Assembly (NCBI RefSeq): GCF_006345805.1
Contig: NC_042997.1
Location: 176,700,001-176,764,000, forward strand
Length of the DNA: 64,000 bases
From: Octopus sinensis
Lineage: Eukaryota
Reading direction: 5' to 3'
In this document: positions 50,012-62,900 of the stretch, in pieces
Numbering within the stretch: the first letter of the stretch is position 1
Layout of the letters: every line of letters begins with the position of its first letter
Made by a program: the position numbers and the translations under genes
The notes under the pieces: model-generated
Told to the model about the DNA's origin: nothing
What the model saw: only the letters and a program-made list of their open reading frames with translations
The model's database searches: none

Positions 50012-50149
50012 GTCTGTCTGTCTGTCTCTGTTTGCTTGCTAAGTTCTAACTGCGATCTTTCGAAGCAAAACAGCTAGTATTAATATATGTGTGTGTGATT
50101 GGATGTGATTGTGCGTGTGTGTGTGAGTGTGTGTATGTGTTGTGTTGTG

Positions 50150-50197
<48 letters not shown>

Positions 50198-51753
50198 AGT
50201 ACATGTGTGTGTGTATAAACATACAAACACACATAAACACGTAGACACGCATGTATACACACACAAACACACACACGCACAACCACACACACACACACAT
50301 ATACACAAACACCATAAGTCCTTTACCTCCCTGTACCGATTGGTTGTGAAACTTACCCATATACTTAAACTGTAGTTATGTCTCTTTCTCTCTCTCGCTC
50401 GCTAGTGCATGCGTGGAAACGTGTCATACTTTTCGGCATCCATGGACTTTTTTTTACTAAATTCCAAAATCTACTTATCAATTTTGGTGTTTCTCTTCTG
50501 ATTCCAACAGATATTAACCGCCACCTTGCTCCTTCTGTATGTATAAGACAACAAGAAGAAAATGCTTTGAGAACTTTATCATAGATAAAAGAAAGTATTT
50601 ACATTTTTATTAAAATATGCTACCGGTTTCAATCGCTTAAAAGGAAGATTTACTGATGCTTCAATAATATGAAAACGTTCATATGATTTACTTACAAAAA
50701 CATTTGTACATGTTAAGTAAGATTATATTGAAGATATAGAGTATCATGGAAGTATATAAGAGGTAGGGGTACTGAAAAATGTTGAAGAATCCAGATCTGA
50801 AGATTGGGAGTATGTCGACCCGAGTAAGTACTGAAACTAGATACCTCGTATCTAATCAATACCGACATACTTTCATGAAACACGTGTACTCTTATAAACG
50901 GAAAATACAGGATTCTGAATAGATATAGTTTGTATAGGATTTAATTTTTAAAATTTTATGGAGTGGTCGGATATAAAATCTTTCAGTGTTGTTGATTGAA
51001 GTTGAAGGTGGTTCTGTCTCGAATTATTTTTAGATTATAGAATTAAACATTGATAGATGTTTCATTTTAGTATATATAAGTGAAATGTTTTTCTGTGTCC
51101 TCAGAAGTAATATACCCTAATAATTATAATATAAATATATATATATTATATATATATATATATATATTATTATTATATTTCTTTATATATGTTAATATAA
51201 TATATATATGATATATTAAGGTATGTAGCAAAATACAACATGGACAAGAACGTATAAACTCTTAGAAGACGATACAATAAAAACGGACAGGACATTCGAA
51301 ACCCTCAGTCTTCAGTCAAGAAACCGGATCATCGTAGTAATTTCGGCTGATTAATCTTGAGATTACCAGATCACGGCCAGCCCTCCAAGAAAAACTAAGC
51401 AACGAGCATTAGAAAAAACTAAGCTGGGAGGTAGATTCCTGGAGAAGGATCGAATGCATACGGACACCAGGACAGCAAAGGGACGAATATAAAAAAACAA
51501 AAAAATAATGGAATACAGAAACATGAAATACAGAAGCATTAACGGTGAAAACAACAACAAGTGTCTTACGACTGATAACAAGCAAACAAATTTTTTTCTC
51601 TGGCGCAAGGAAAGGAGCCTTATCGGCGATTGCTATAGCGGCGGACGAAAAACAACGATGTTAACACGACGCTGGTCAGAAGCTGAAGGCAGATTTCGGC
51701 CAGCAGTCACGTAACAGAGAGAGAGAAAAAAAAAAAGAAAGAGAAGCAGCGGA

Positions 51754-51786
<33 letters not shown>

Positions 51787-53104
51787 GGACAACAAACGCA
51801 ACAAAGAGAGAGAAGAGAGAGAAAGAAGAATCAGAGAGGAGAAGGGATGGGTGTCGAAGATTGACCTGTGAGTGCAGAGCGAGACAAAGAATTAGGAGGG
51901 TAGTGGAAGATTAGACCAAAGAATCAGAGGAAAGAGAAGAGAAAAGAGGATGAGTAGAGAGAGAGGGGACAGATCAAGTAAAAGAGAGAGAGAGAGAGAG
52001 ACAAACAAAGAGTCGTACCAGTTATTAAGAATATGTGCTCACATTAATGTTAAGAGGGTACGTGGCGCCTGGAATATATGTTAAGGTATGTAGAAAAATA
52101 CAACATGGACAAGAACGTATAACTCTTAGAAGACGATACAATAAACACGGACAGGACATTCGAAACCCTCAGTCTTCAGTCAAGAACCGGATCATCGTAG
52201 TAATTTCGGCTGATTATATATATATATGTATGTATGTATGTATGTATATTACATCTGAATATTATGTATGAGCATCAATAGATATCAATGTAGATGTGTG
52301 TGCATCTGTGTACACACATACATACACACACACAAACACACACATGTACGCGCACGTATGTGTACATCAGCCATTGTATGTTTACCTCTTGTTATACATA
52401 CAAACCTTCCTTTGTCTCGCTATTCCTCCCGCTATCTATTACAACTCTACTTAAGCCGTAACCCTCACCTTTCTCTCGCCTTCCAACACTTAATTCCTAT
52501 TTCTGCAACCTCATATATCTGCTCAAAAAATTAAATTTCTAAAGTAAACAGTACCTTTCTTCACAAAAGAGCTTATCCACTTAAAAACCCACCTGTCTAT
52601 ATAGAAAAATATCGACTATATATAGAATTCTCCATACATTATTAATATCACTCGTACAAACCAAATTCAATGCTAGTTCAATTGATTCATGGTTGCACCA
52701 ATTCACACGAAACATCTCAAACTGACAGTTTACTCTCTCCAATTTATTCTAATTAATTATTCTTTTAAATCCCCAAAGTAGACACTCACCTCCACAAATG
52801 GTAATCAGTCTCCCAGTTCATACTCTCAGATGTTCAAATTGAAAATTATCATTTAATAAAAGCATATAATGATAAAAAAAAACTCACTCAATAAATAAAG
52901 TACATCACATTTCGAGTCAAATGCAGCCTCCATAGTAAAAAAAAAACAAAACAAAAAACAAAGCAAAAAACAAACAAAAGTCTCACAATCAAAATAACTT
53001 TTGATGAAATTTCTAGTTACTCTGTGAATTTCAAGTAGCTGTAGAAAAAAATCTTTACTTTACATATTTATCGAGTTCTTATTTTGTTTGAGGTATTCTC
53101 TCTG

Positions 53105-53107
<3 letters not shown>

Positions 53108-53176
<69 letters not shown>

Positions 53177-53238
53177 CAGCACGTATTTATGTACATAGTC
53201 TTGCATATGTTATTTAAAAAAAATAACTGGAAAGTAAT

Positions 53239-53271
<33 letters not shown>

Positions 53272-53286
53272 AAGCAGAGAGTGTGT

Positions 53287-53325
<39 letters not shown>

Positions 53326-53408
53326 AAGAGAGAGAGAAAGAGGGAGATAGATAGAGAGAGATAGAGAGAGAGGGAGATAGATAGATAGGTAGATAGAGAG
53401 ATAGATAG

Positions 53409-53458
<50 letters not shown>

Positions 53459-53482
53459 AGAGAGAAAGAGAGAGAGAGAGAA
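53108..53482. repeat. (CA)n, (TG)n, (AG)n/(ATAG)n microsatellite cluster
   Basis: Direct reading. Confidence 0.9.
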
Positions 53483-54039
53483 AGGAGGAGAAGGACGAAA
53501 TATTCAATCAAAAGACAAATTATATTCTGGTGATGTCCTATAGTGAAGAGAAAACTGTTGCTAACATCCTTTGTCATAAAGATGTCAATTATGTTAAAAA
53601 AAAAACGTTCTACTGAAATATCATTAAACATAAAAATAATACAAATAATTTTTATTTCACGAAACAAAAGTTGACCACTTAAATAAATTAAAGACGATAA
53701 AAAATTTTGATCTCTTACCAATGAGTAAACTTTTTTTACAAAAAAAAAAAAACATTTATATATTTTGCTTTTACTTTGCATGAACAAACCTATTTGAAAT
53801 CCAATTCCTACTCTAGAGTTCATTGCATGTCTTTCTCTAGGGATTTTCTAAACTACAAGAACACGTATTTTGGGAAAGGGAATAGTCAATATACATCAAA
53901 ACCGGTACTTACTGGTACTTTATTTGATATTTTTTAAAGGCTTAAATCATCAGAAAAATGGTGGGGAAGGGAGAACGACCTTTTTTCCTGCAGGGTCCAT
54001 AAGAATGTTGGTGAAATTAGAGGAAGAAGTGTTTTTAAT

Positions 54040-54690
54040 AATAATAATGAAATTATTGTATACAGTGCTCAGGTGCACCACAACTTGTCAAACGTGCGTA
54101 TAAAGCATATGCAGTAATGTACAAATGTCTGGAAAGTGAACAGTGTATGAGTCGGATTCATGCTTGCGTATGTATGGAGAGGAGAAAATCAGGTGTAGTG
54201 TTGGCGAATCTCAGGAAGCATGGAAGTTTTGAAGGATGCAGTGCTTCGACAACTTACAACTGATGCTGGCAGTTTGTTTCCATACTTCAGTAACTCTTAG
54301 CGTGAAAAAATGCTTCTGAAAGTCATGGGAGCTGTGCTGTTTTCTGAGTTTGTAAACATGTTCACGGGTGTTAGACAGGTGGAGTTTGAAAAGGTGTTCA
54401 GAGTTATTGTTTGTAAGATGGTTAATAATTTTATGGGTGTCTGCCAAGTCAGCTGCCAGACGTCGGAGTTTCAATGTGTCCACACCCAGGGAAGTAAGGC
54501 GTTCAGAAAATGGCAAATGCCTGATGGAGGGTATTCTCTTGGTTGCACGTCGCTGAACGGCTTCCAGACGATTAATATCCTGGGCAAGATAAGGGTTCCA
54601 GACCGGTGATGCGAATTCCAGGTGAGGCCGCATCATAGCTATATAAAGCCTCAGATAGATAGCCGGAGAGCGGCTCACAAAGGACTTTCA
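54040..54690 (-). mobile_element. CR1-like LINE 3' end (RT C-terminus + 3' UTR + (TTA)n tail)
   Basis: LYIAMMRPHLEFASPVWNPYLAQDINRLEAVQRRATK..; a homologous 3' UTR is at 34430-34790 (+). Confidence 0.85.
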
Positions 54691-55498
54691 GATCAGCGAG
54701 TAGGTTGTAATGCTTAAAATTTTGAAGGGTTATAACAGAGTTGCATAGGCAGTCAAAGATAAGGTGGCAGAGTTAAAGAGGGCGACGGATTAAGTCTGTT
54801 AATCAAACATAGGTACAATCCCTTTGATGTTTTCTACACTGTTTCTGTCCAACCAAATTAATTACAAGCTTTTGGGTCTGTGTAAAGCTATGATGGAAGA
54901 TTCTTGCGAAATTGTTGCGCAGTAGGATAGAAGCCAGAACCACGTGATTGCGATTTGAGCTTCTTAACTACATGTCCATGTCTGAACAGGACGAAAGGGA
55001 AGTTCGACTGGTGTGAAATTTGTACTTAGAACGTAAAAGAACACAAATCAGTACCGCTAAACATTTTGTCCGAAAATCCACCCCCACTAAGGTGCTAACA
55101 ATGAAATAATGGGTTGTCAGATAAATTCGTTTGCTTTTTTCCCCTCCATCATAATATAATCCTTTCCAATATTATTTGAATTAATACGCAAAGTATTTTT
55201 ATGGTAGTGTTATATGCTTTTGAAATTTGAATAATTTTTACCTGTTTTCAGACGTACGACGATGAAAAATAGAAAAAAAGGAAAACAAAAAAAAATATAT
55301 GTAATAGCACAACAGATCAGAGGTTTTATACTCGTTTGGCTCTGTGGGTTACATTGAAACATAAACCAGATTTCACGGGCCGGATAAAGATAGTTATTCC
55401 TAAAAACCATTTTCAATGTAGACCAAAGTAAATGGATTAAGGCGTCCAGTATATATAACAACTCTGACTGCATGCTAGCAATATATATATATATATAT

Positions 55499-55569
<71 letters not shown>

Positions 55570-55590
55570 CAACAAGGATATCCAAGGTAG

Positions 55591-55678
55591 CGTAGTACAA
55601 TCATTTCATGCTACTTCATTTTATTAAACACTATAAGTATTGCATCAGTTTTAAATTGTCGAGCAATCTTCAGCCACA
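55591..55678 (-). ncRNA. Hammerhead candidate with long stem II loop
   Basis: UGUGG CUGAAGA UUGCU..AGCAU GAAAU GAUU GUA CUACG; lies ~25 nt from (TA)n 55481-55566. Confidence 0.5.
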
Positions 55679-57229
55679 TTTAGAATTTTTTAATTAAATG
55701 GACAATGTACATTTTTATACTTATTTCATTTGCCAACATTACAAAGAGGGTAGATATATAGACAGAGAGGTTAATTTCATCATTAAGAACATGGTATTAG
55801 AATGTCCTTCTCCATCTGTAGATTTTTTATCACTGAGTTCACTTTGTTATTTAGATCTATCAGATATATATATAACAAAGTGGAGTTGTAAGGTACCGCA
55901 CGAGTAGAATTATATATGAAAGAAGGTTTGAAAATGCAATTTTAAAACATGTTTATTCACTTTACCGGTTTCACTTTTTAAGAAAAAGATTGTCAAAAGT
56001 AACATGTAAAATCTTTGTTGTGCTAGGTACTGGTTGTCACAAAATATTACAATACATATATACATTCTTTGATAATAATAAGAACATGTTAAAAACAGTT
56101 TACAAGGGAAAATCTTGGGAAAATATAAAAAAATTTAACAAGTTCATTAAAATATTGGGCACAAAAGATTACAATATATATATACATTCTTAAGAAAATG
56201 CTAAAATCAGGTTACAGAAAGAATTATTAAAAAGTTCAGAGGAATATTGGTATTGTATCTATATACACAGAAAATTATAAGTTCAAAAAGGTCACATTTT
56301 GGTGGTATATATATATGTACAATGAGGGAGATATATTTAGTTTGAACTGACCTGATTCACCATATTATCGTAAAAGACTATTTTCTATTTCAAGGGACAG
56401 TGTAGGTGTGTTTGGGTGGGGGGAAGGAAGAGTAATGTGGAGAGCTTGTTTTAAGGCAGCTCTCGCCAGCAACAGTCATTAAAAAATAACTATTATACAA
56501 TATAGAGACATCGGTGTTACCTGATATTATATCATTGCCAATGTTTTGTTATGCAATGATGTCAACTAGTTATTTGTAAACGATTGCAGGGATTGGACTA
56601 GCGCAGAAGTGGCTGTGTGGTAAGTAGCTTGCTTACCAACCACATGGTTCCGGGTTTAGTCCCACTGCGTGGCACTTTGGGCACTCGGGCCGACCAAAGC
56701 CTTGTGAGTGGATTTGGTAGACGGAAACTGAAAGAAGCCCGTCGTATATATGTATATATATGTATGTGTGTATATATGTTTGTGTGTCTGTATTTGTCCC
56801 TCTAGCATTGCTTGACAACCGATGCTGGTGTGTTTACGTCCCCGTCACTTAGCGGTTCGGCAAAAGAGACCGATAAAATAAGTACTAGGCTTACAAAGAA
56901 TAAGTTCTGGGGTCGATTTGATCGACTAAAGGTGGTGCTCCAGCATGGCCGCAGTCAAATGACTGAAAGAAGTAAAAGAGAGTTGTTTGAAAATCCGGCC
57001 TTTTTCATATTGTCAAAACGACGCTGAATATTGCATTAAGTATACTAATGTCTACGGACTGATCAGCCACTGTCACTATAATACAATAAGTAGTTTCATT
57101 GCTGTTTAGCCCCAGTTGAGCACCAACTAAATAAATTTATGACCAAAGACGACAGTTCCAGCTTTCAGACACAGTGAACTTAGGATCGCATTATCCAGTG
57201 TTTCCGTAGGATAAATGATGATGCGTCAC

Positions 57230-57700
57230 AAAAAGTGGCTACAGTTGAGAAAAGCGAAGTAGAACAAGTAGAAAACTACATGTATTTAGGACAAAAGATA
57301 GATGTGAAAGAAAAAGGCCAAAAGAAATAAATAAAGGGAAGATTAATGTTAGGCTGGGTTTCTTTCAACAAGCACTACAGTGTTAAGAAATCAAACCGAC
57401 AAGTTCACCTTAAAAGAAAAAAATTCTAAACTAATGCATAACACCAGCAGTCTTTACAGATCAGAAACGTGGACCCTAACAACAGCAATGGAGAGAAAAC
57501 TGGCAGTGTACCAACACGAAATGTGCGATCAATGTTTAGCATAACATTAGAGACAAAAAGACAAACAAACGGGTAAGAAAACTAACGAAAGTAGACGATG
57601 TTCTTACAAATGTAAAACGGAGAAACTGGATGTGGGTTGGACTCATCAACAAAAGGAGAGACAACCATTGGGAAAAAATCATCACGGAATAGCGATCGAT
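57230..57700 (+). mobile_element. Decayed RTE-like RT C-terminal fragment
   Basis: VEQVENYMYLG, IKGRLMLGW.SF, SETWTLT..MERKLAV, WMWVG. Confidence 0.7.
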
Positions 57701-59720
57701 GACGCGCCAAAGAAGCATTATTATTGATTGTTGTGGTTGTTGAAAGTTCTTTCTGCTTTCCATAACAAGCAGATACCTTATGTAACACTCAATTCTGTTT
57801 TTTTTTTGTTTTTAATTTCATTCTACGCAATAGCTTTCAAAATAAATAATAGTTCGAAGAAAAAATAATTCTTGAGGAGAGAGAAAGAGAAAAACTAGAA
57901 AACTTTCTACTAATAAAAATGTTGCATAAAGTAAAGCAATAACTTATACGTTTTACTCGATATTTTGTTCGTTTTCTTTTTACTATTTTAACTTTAAATG
58001 CAGCTGAGATTTAGTTTTGGCTTTTCAAGTTGGTAAATATCAGTAATATTCTCATGTTCAGTTAATAACTACAGTGTTTTCGGTGGTTGAATAAAAAAAA
58101 AATCAGAAACGGATATAAGCCTGGTTAGAAACAAATACCGCTGAGCCAGGTCTTGATTTAAACAAGCTGGAGCCATGAGCCAGGGATTGGGTAACAACAT
58201 GTGAATTACATTCAAATGGGGTAGAATAAAAATAAAACCAGTTGGTGGTAGTGCATACTGTCGGTTGGGTTATACATCCCTTTCTCTGTAACATTGTTGA
58301 CGTACCTGTCGAACTTTGAATAATTTACAGAGCACCTCTTGTACTCAGCATCAATAGTAAAGCACTAATGGAATTTAAGAACAAAGCTGTTTTATTTTCG
58401 GTCGTCAAAAAGTACAAAGGTCTTCAAAAATGCACATGTAGAAGCGACAAAAATGCTGTTGCTTTTTGAAACAGCCTACTTTTGTTAAAATAAAAAAAAA
58501 AAAAGATTTTCTGCACTTGAGAAATTGAACACAAAGACCAGAAAATCAGTTGACTCCTGCAACTAGCATCCAATTTACTTTGATATCAACAAACCCTGAA
58601 GTTTGATGTTATATTAAAAACGAAATAGTATCATTTTCCTAAAATCTAAATGACATTCTTCAGCTTTTTACGTAATTAATTTTATGTGCTATTTGTATGT
58701 CAACATCTTTGACTTTTTCCTTCGATACTCATGCTTGTGAACTGGAAAATTGATCCATAGTTATCCTTTTTAGCTTGGAAATTGATCCATATTAATTTTT
58801 GTGAAATAATAAATTGATCCATAATAATTCTTGTCAACTATTTTGTTTTTCCATTAATAATGCTTTTAAATATAATTAAAAAATTCAAGAAATAAAATCA
58901 GTTGAGCTTTGAAGACACATAAGTTACTCTGACATTAAAAACATCCTGATTTTGATGTTATATCAAAAAACATGAAGCATCATTATTTTTCTCAAACCTG
59001 AAGTGAAAAAGTTTTGAGTAAAATTCTTTCGTTCTTCAATTATTTTTTACATAAATTTTGTTCTTGTACTATTCATAATGTTACATTTCTTTATTTCTTG
59101 GTCCAATTGATATCTTTTTGAATATGCAGTTATATGAAACAATTTCAAGAGTAAACATGTTTTATGAGTAGGAGTAGCCGTGTGGTAACTAGCTTGCTTA
59201 CCAACCACATGGTTCCGGGTTCAGTCCCACTGCGCGGCACCTTGGGCAAGTGTCTTCTACTATATCCTCGGGCCGGCCAAAGCCTTGTGAGTGGATATGA
59301 TAGACGGAAACTGAAAGAAGCCCGTCGTATATATGTATATTTATATATGCGTGTGTTTATGTGCCTGTGTTTGTTCCCCCCCAACATCGCTTGACAACCG
59401 ATACTAGTGTGTTTACGTCCCCGTAACGTAGCGGTTTGGCAAAAGAGACTGATAGAATAAGTACTAGGGTTACAAAGAATAAGTCCTGGGGTCGATTTGC
59501 TCGACTAAAGGCGGTGCCCCAGCATGGCCACAGTCAAATGACTGAAATAAGTAAAAGAGTAAAAGAGTAATATGTTTTTCCGTCTTAGAAGTCTGAAGGG
59601 TACTTTAATATCGAATGGGTTTTTGGATAATAGCTAAGGAAGATTTTTTTCCTCTTTGAGCTATGGAATTCTGTAGGGACCCTAATTAACAATTATCTGT
59701 AGAGAATGAATAGATTTGTC

Positions 59721-59768
59721 GCTTGTCACTGACGATCTAAGTAATAGCATCCGAAACGTTTCTGAAGC
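59721..59768 (+). ncRNA. Hammerhead candidate with damaged stem II
   Basis: GCUUGUCA CUGACGA ..UAGCAUCC GAAACGUUUC UGAAGC; palindrome AAACGUUU. Confidence 0.4.
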
Positions 59769-62229
59769 ATATGTCTGAGCAAGGTTTTTCTGGCTGGGTA
59801 TTAGTTACACATGCATGCAAGTCTCTTCTCTCTACGCCACTAAGGATATCTTGGAGAAAGGTGAGGACAATATAGTTCACCACAAGTGTCGCCGCGGGCG
59901 TTGCTGTCATGGTTCAAAGAGTTGGTGGGAAGAGATATTGAAAAGTATTCCATTCATCGCTGTAAACAATTCCACCAGTCGTTCGCTCTGGATTGGTTTT
60001 ATCTATTCATTGACTAGGAAAAGATAGAAATTGAATTCGGTAGGACTTGATCTGAGGACGAAGAAAGTCGGAGCAAATACTTATTTCTTTACTACCCACA
60101 AGGGGCTAAACACAGAGGAGACAGACAAGGACAGACAAATGGATTAAGTCGATTACCAGTGCGTAACTGGTACTTATTTAATCGACCCCGAAAGGATGAA
60201 AGGCAAAGTCGACCTCGGCGGAATTTGAACTCAGAACGTAGCGGCAGACGAAATACTGCTAAGCATTTCGTCCGGCGTGCTAACGTTTCTACCAGCTTGC
60301 CGCCTTCAGTCGGAGCAAATTCCGTAAAGCAAATCTAACTGTCGCTCTGATAACTCTGCTACTTCATCGCATTTAACAATTAGAATGCTATCCTGATATT
60401 GGTTTCTGATTTCGGCATAAGATCAGTAATTTTTAAGGAAAGGATTCAGCGATTTCACTAACACCAGTACTTGACTAGTACTTTATATTATTGACCTCTA
60501 AAGGATGAAAGACAAAGTTGACCTCAGTAAGATTGGAACTCAGAGCGTAAAGAACTGAAACAAATACCGCAAAGCACTTTTCCGACATTTTAACGATTCT
60601 GCCAACTCATTCAATGTCTCCTGGATACACAACACATCCTTTTGAGCGGGGTGGAAACGAGTATAATGTTAATGTTTTAACTATCAAAATATACCTTTCA
60701 CTATTAGATTTCAAGTTATTCATCAGTCGAAAAATAATACTGGAAAGTCGTTGCACTCAGTCATAAAATTACCGAATGTATTTAATTCTTAAGAGACTTT
60801 TGTAAACTTGTAATTGTCTGAGAATGAAATGTAATTTTCAAACATTATTAACTGATAAAAAAATTCGTAAAAGATAAGAACTATTTATATAAATTTCTAA
60901 AATTATTAATTGGATGTAGAAGTTTAAAAAATTTTAAATAAGAGCAAATATCACGTAAATATAATAAACAATACAATCATAGGTAAAACAAAAGAGACTA
61001 ATGTCGAATGTCTGTAAGAAAACAAAAAGAAAGGTAATATTTGATATTTAAGCATAATTTTAAAATAACGAAATCCTACAAAACCTGTGTAAATAATGAT
61101 CTATTTCCAATAATTGCGTCTAATTTGTTAATTGTTGATAATTAGATTAAGTGAGTTAAGCCATCATTCCAATATATTCTAGTAAAATTATATCCAATGA
61201 ACAAAAAGGCGAGATTTTGAGCGACCTGTTTCAGATTGTGAGACCGTATAGCTTGTTTAGATTCTGCCTAAATCCAGTCCTGCATAGTATATATTGTAAT
61301 TATAATTCTATTTTGTTTAATCTCAATTCTGTTAATTTCACTTTTGTTTGAGACGAGTTTGATATTGTTTTTATTGCAAATGCATTGAGCTGAGTCGTTA
61401 TTTTACCTTGGCTTAGATCTGGTTGAAGTGATTTATGACCAAAAGTATTTCAACTGTAATCATCTCGTCTTTTTTTCTTGAACAATCTAGTTACATATCC
61501 AGTTACATTATTAATCTTGTGATAAAAACTAATGGGGCTATGAAATTATTGTGAACTTAAATGAGACTTATCAAGAGTGCATATGACTGTTTGTTATTCG
61601 AAAGAAAGAACGAAAGTTCCAGATTGATAAAAATAACCAGTATTTTTTTCCTGTGTACTGCACAGGTTACATATTTAGCTGCAGCTTATATAAGCTCCTA
61701 TATCTTTAAACAATTCTGCAGCTGATGTTGCTGTTGATAGTTTATCAGAAATAACTCCAAAGCCTTATAGTATTTCGCTTATTGGTGTTTCTGAAAGAAG
61801 ACGTATGATTAAAAAACCTAATTTTGAATGTTCCTTCTATTATACCAATAAAGCACATTCGGATGGTCCCAAGGTTCGGGTTTGTTAATTTAACATCCAC
61901 CTTATTTATAATGGGCTCGGTAATATGCTCTGATGTTCCTGTATGAATAATCGGCCTCAGTGTTTATGGGATATAATTTGCTTCACATGAACAGTGCAGC
62001 TAAAATTTATCTTTGGGTTATGCTTGTTGCAAAGTTTCCCATATCTGTAGCTAGTGGGGAAGTGTTTAACTGTTAAATTTAGGGAGGTTTTGTTACTTTA
62101 CGCAACACTTACCGTGTACCGGGGTTGGGAATTTTTCAGTAGAACATACTGCATTATAGACTATAATATTTTGATTGCGTTGATATATGCAATCTTATAG
62201 GATTATATATTTTAGATACCATAGGTAAA

Positions 62230-62900
62230 AGTTCACCTGAATAGAACTCGGCCTGTGCGGAGATGAAGGAATAATACAGATATACAAAGCTAAGGAAGGA
62301 AATTATCCAAGTATTCAAATCCTTCAGTGTTAAAATCACTATAAAGACAAATTTAATATCATAATTTACTGGATGTTGCTCTAGATTTATGCACTATCTG
62401 ATAGAAACCGTTTAGACAGTGAAATGAAATGTTTATATAAAACACAGTTTCATATCACTTAAAAATAGTATTTAAAATCCTAATCAACATAAGGATTTCG
62501 AATCTGTCCTTTAATAAAAAGATCTTTGATATAGCAATTCTTTACTACAACGACACCATAAAAGTAAGTAGATTCAAAGATAAAATTAGTTACATACCTA
62601 CAATCTCGATCTATCACGAAAAAGAAAAGATGTCACAATATCATTTGGTTTACATTACATACTCACTAAACGTTAAGACAAACGGAGCGAAACCTCCCCA
62701 AGTTTAACAGATTTTGGAAACTGTTTAAGAAACATAACCTTTAGGTAAGTTTGAACTACATCGTTAACATGAAACAAATTATATTCCATAAGCCAAACGC
62801 AACCACTGAGGCCGGTTATTCATGTAGAAACAATATATGTTTGCTGAACGGATCATGTGATACAGATGTCATTGCACATAAGGTGAAATGAACAGACTCA
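62230..62900 (+). mobile_element. Decayed Penelope-like RT C-terminus/linker
   Basis: GLCGDEG (like GLYRDDG), KEIIQVFKSF.VKITIKTNL..NLLDVALDL, RISNLS, NIIWF..PYSLNVKTN, CRNNICLLNGSC; many stops. Confidence 0.75.

Noticed and set aside
53176-53823. 215-aa ORF and many other 60-150 aa ORFs rich in HT/YI/SL/CV/D/H runs
   Set aside because: Translations of microsatellites and SINEs; no coding signal.
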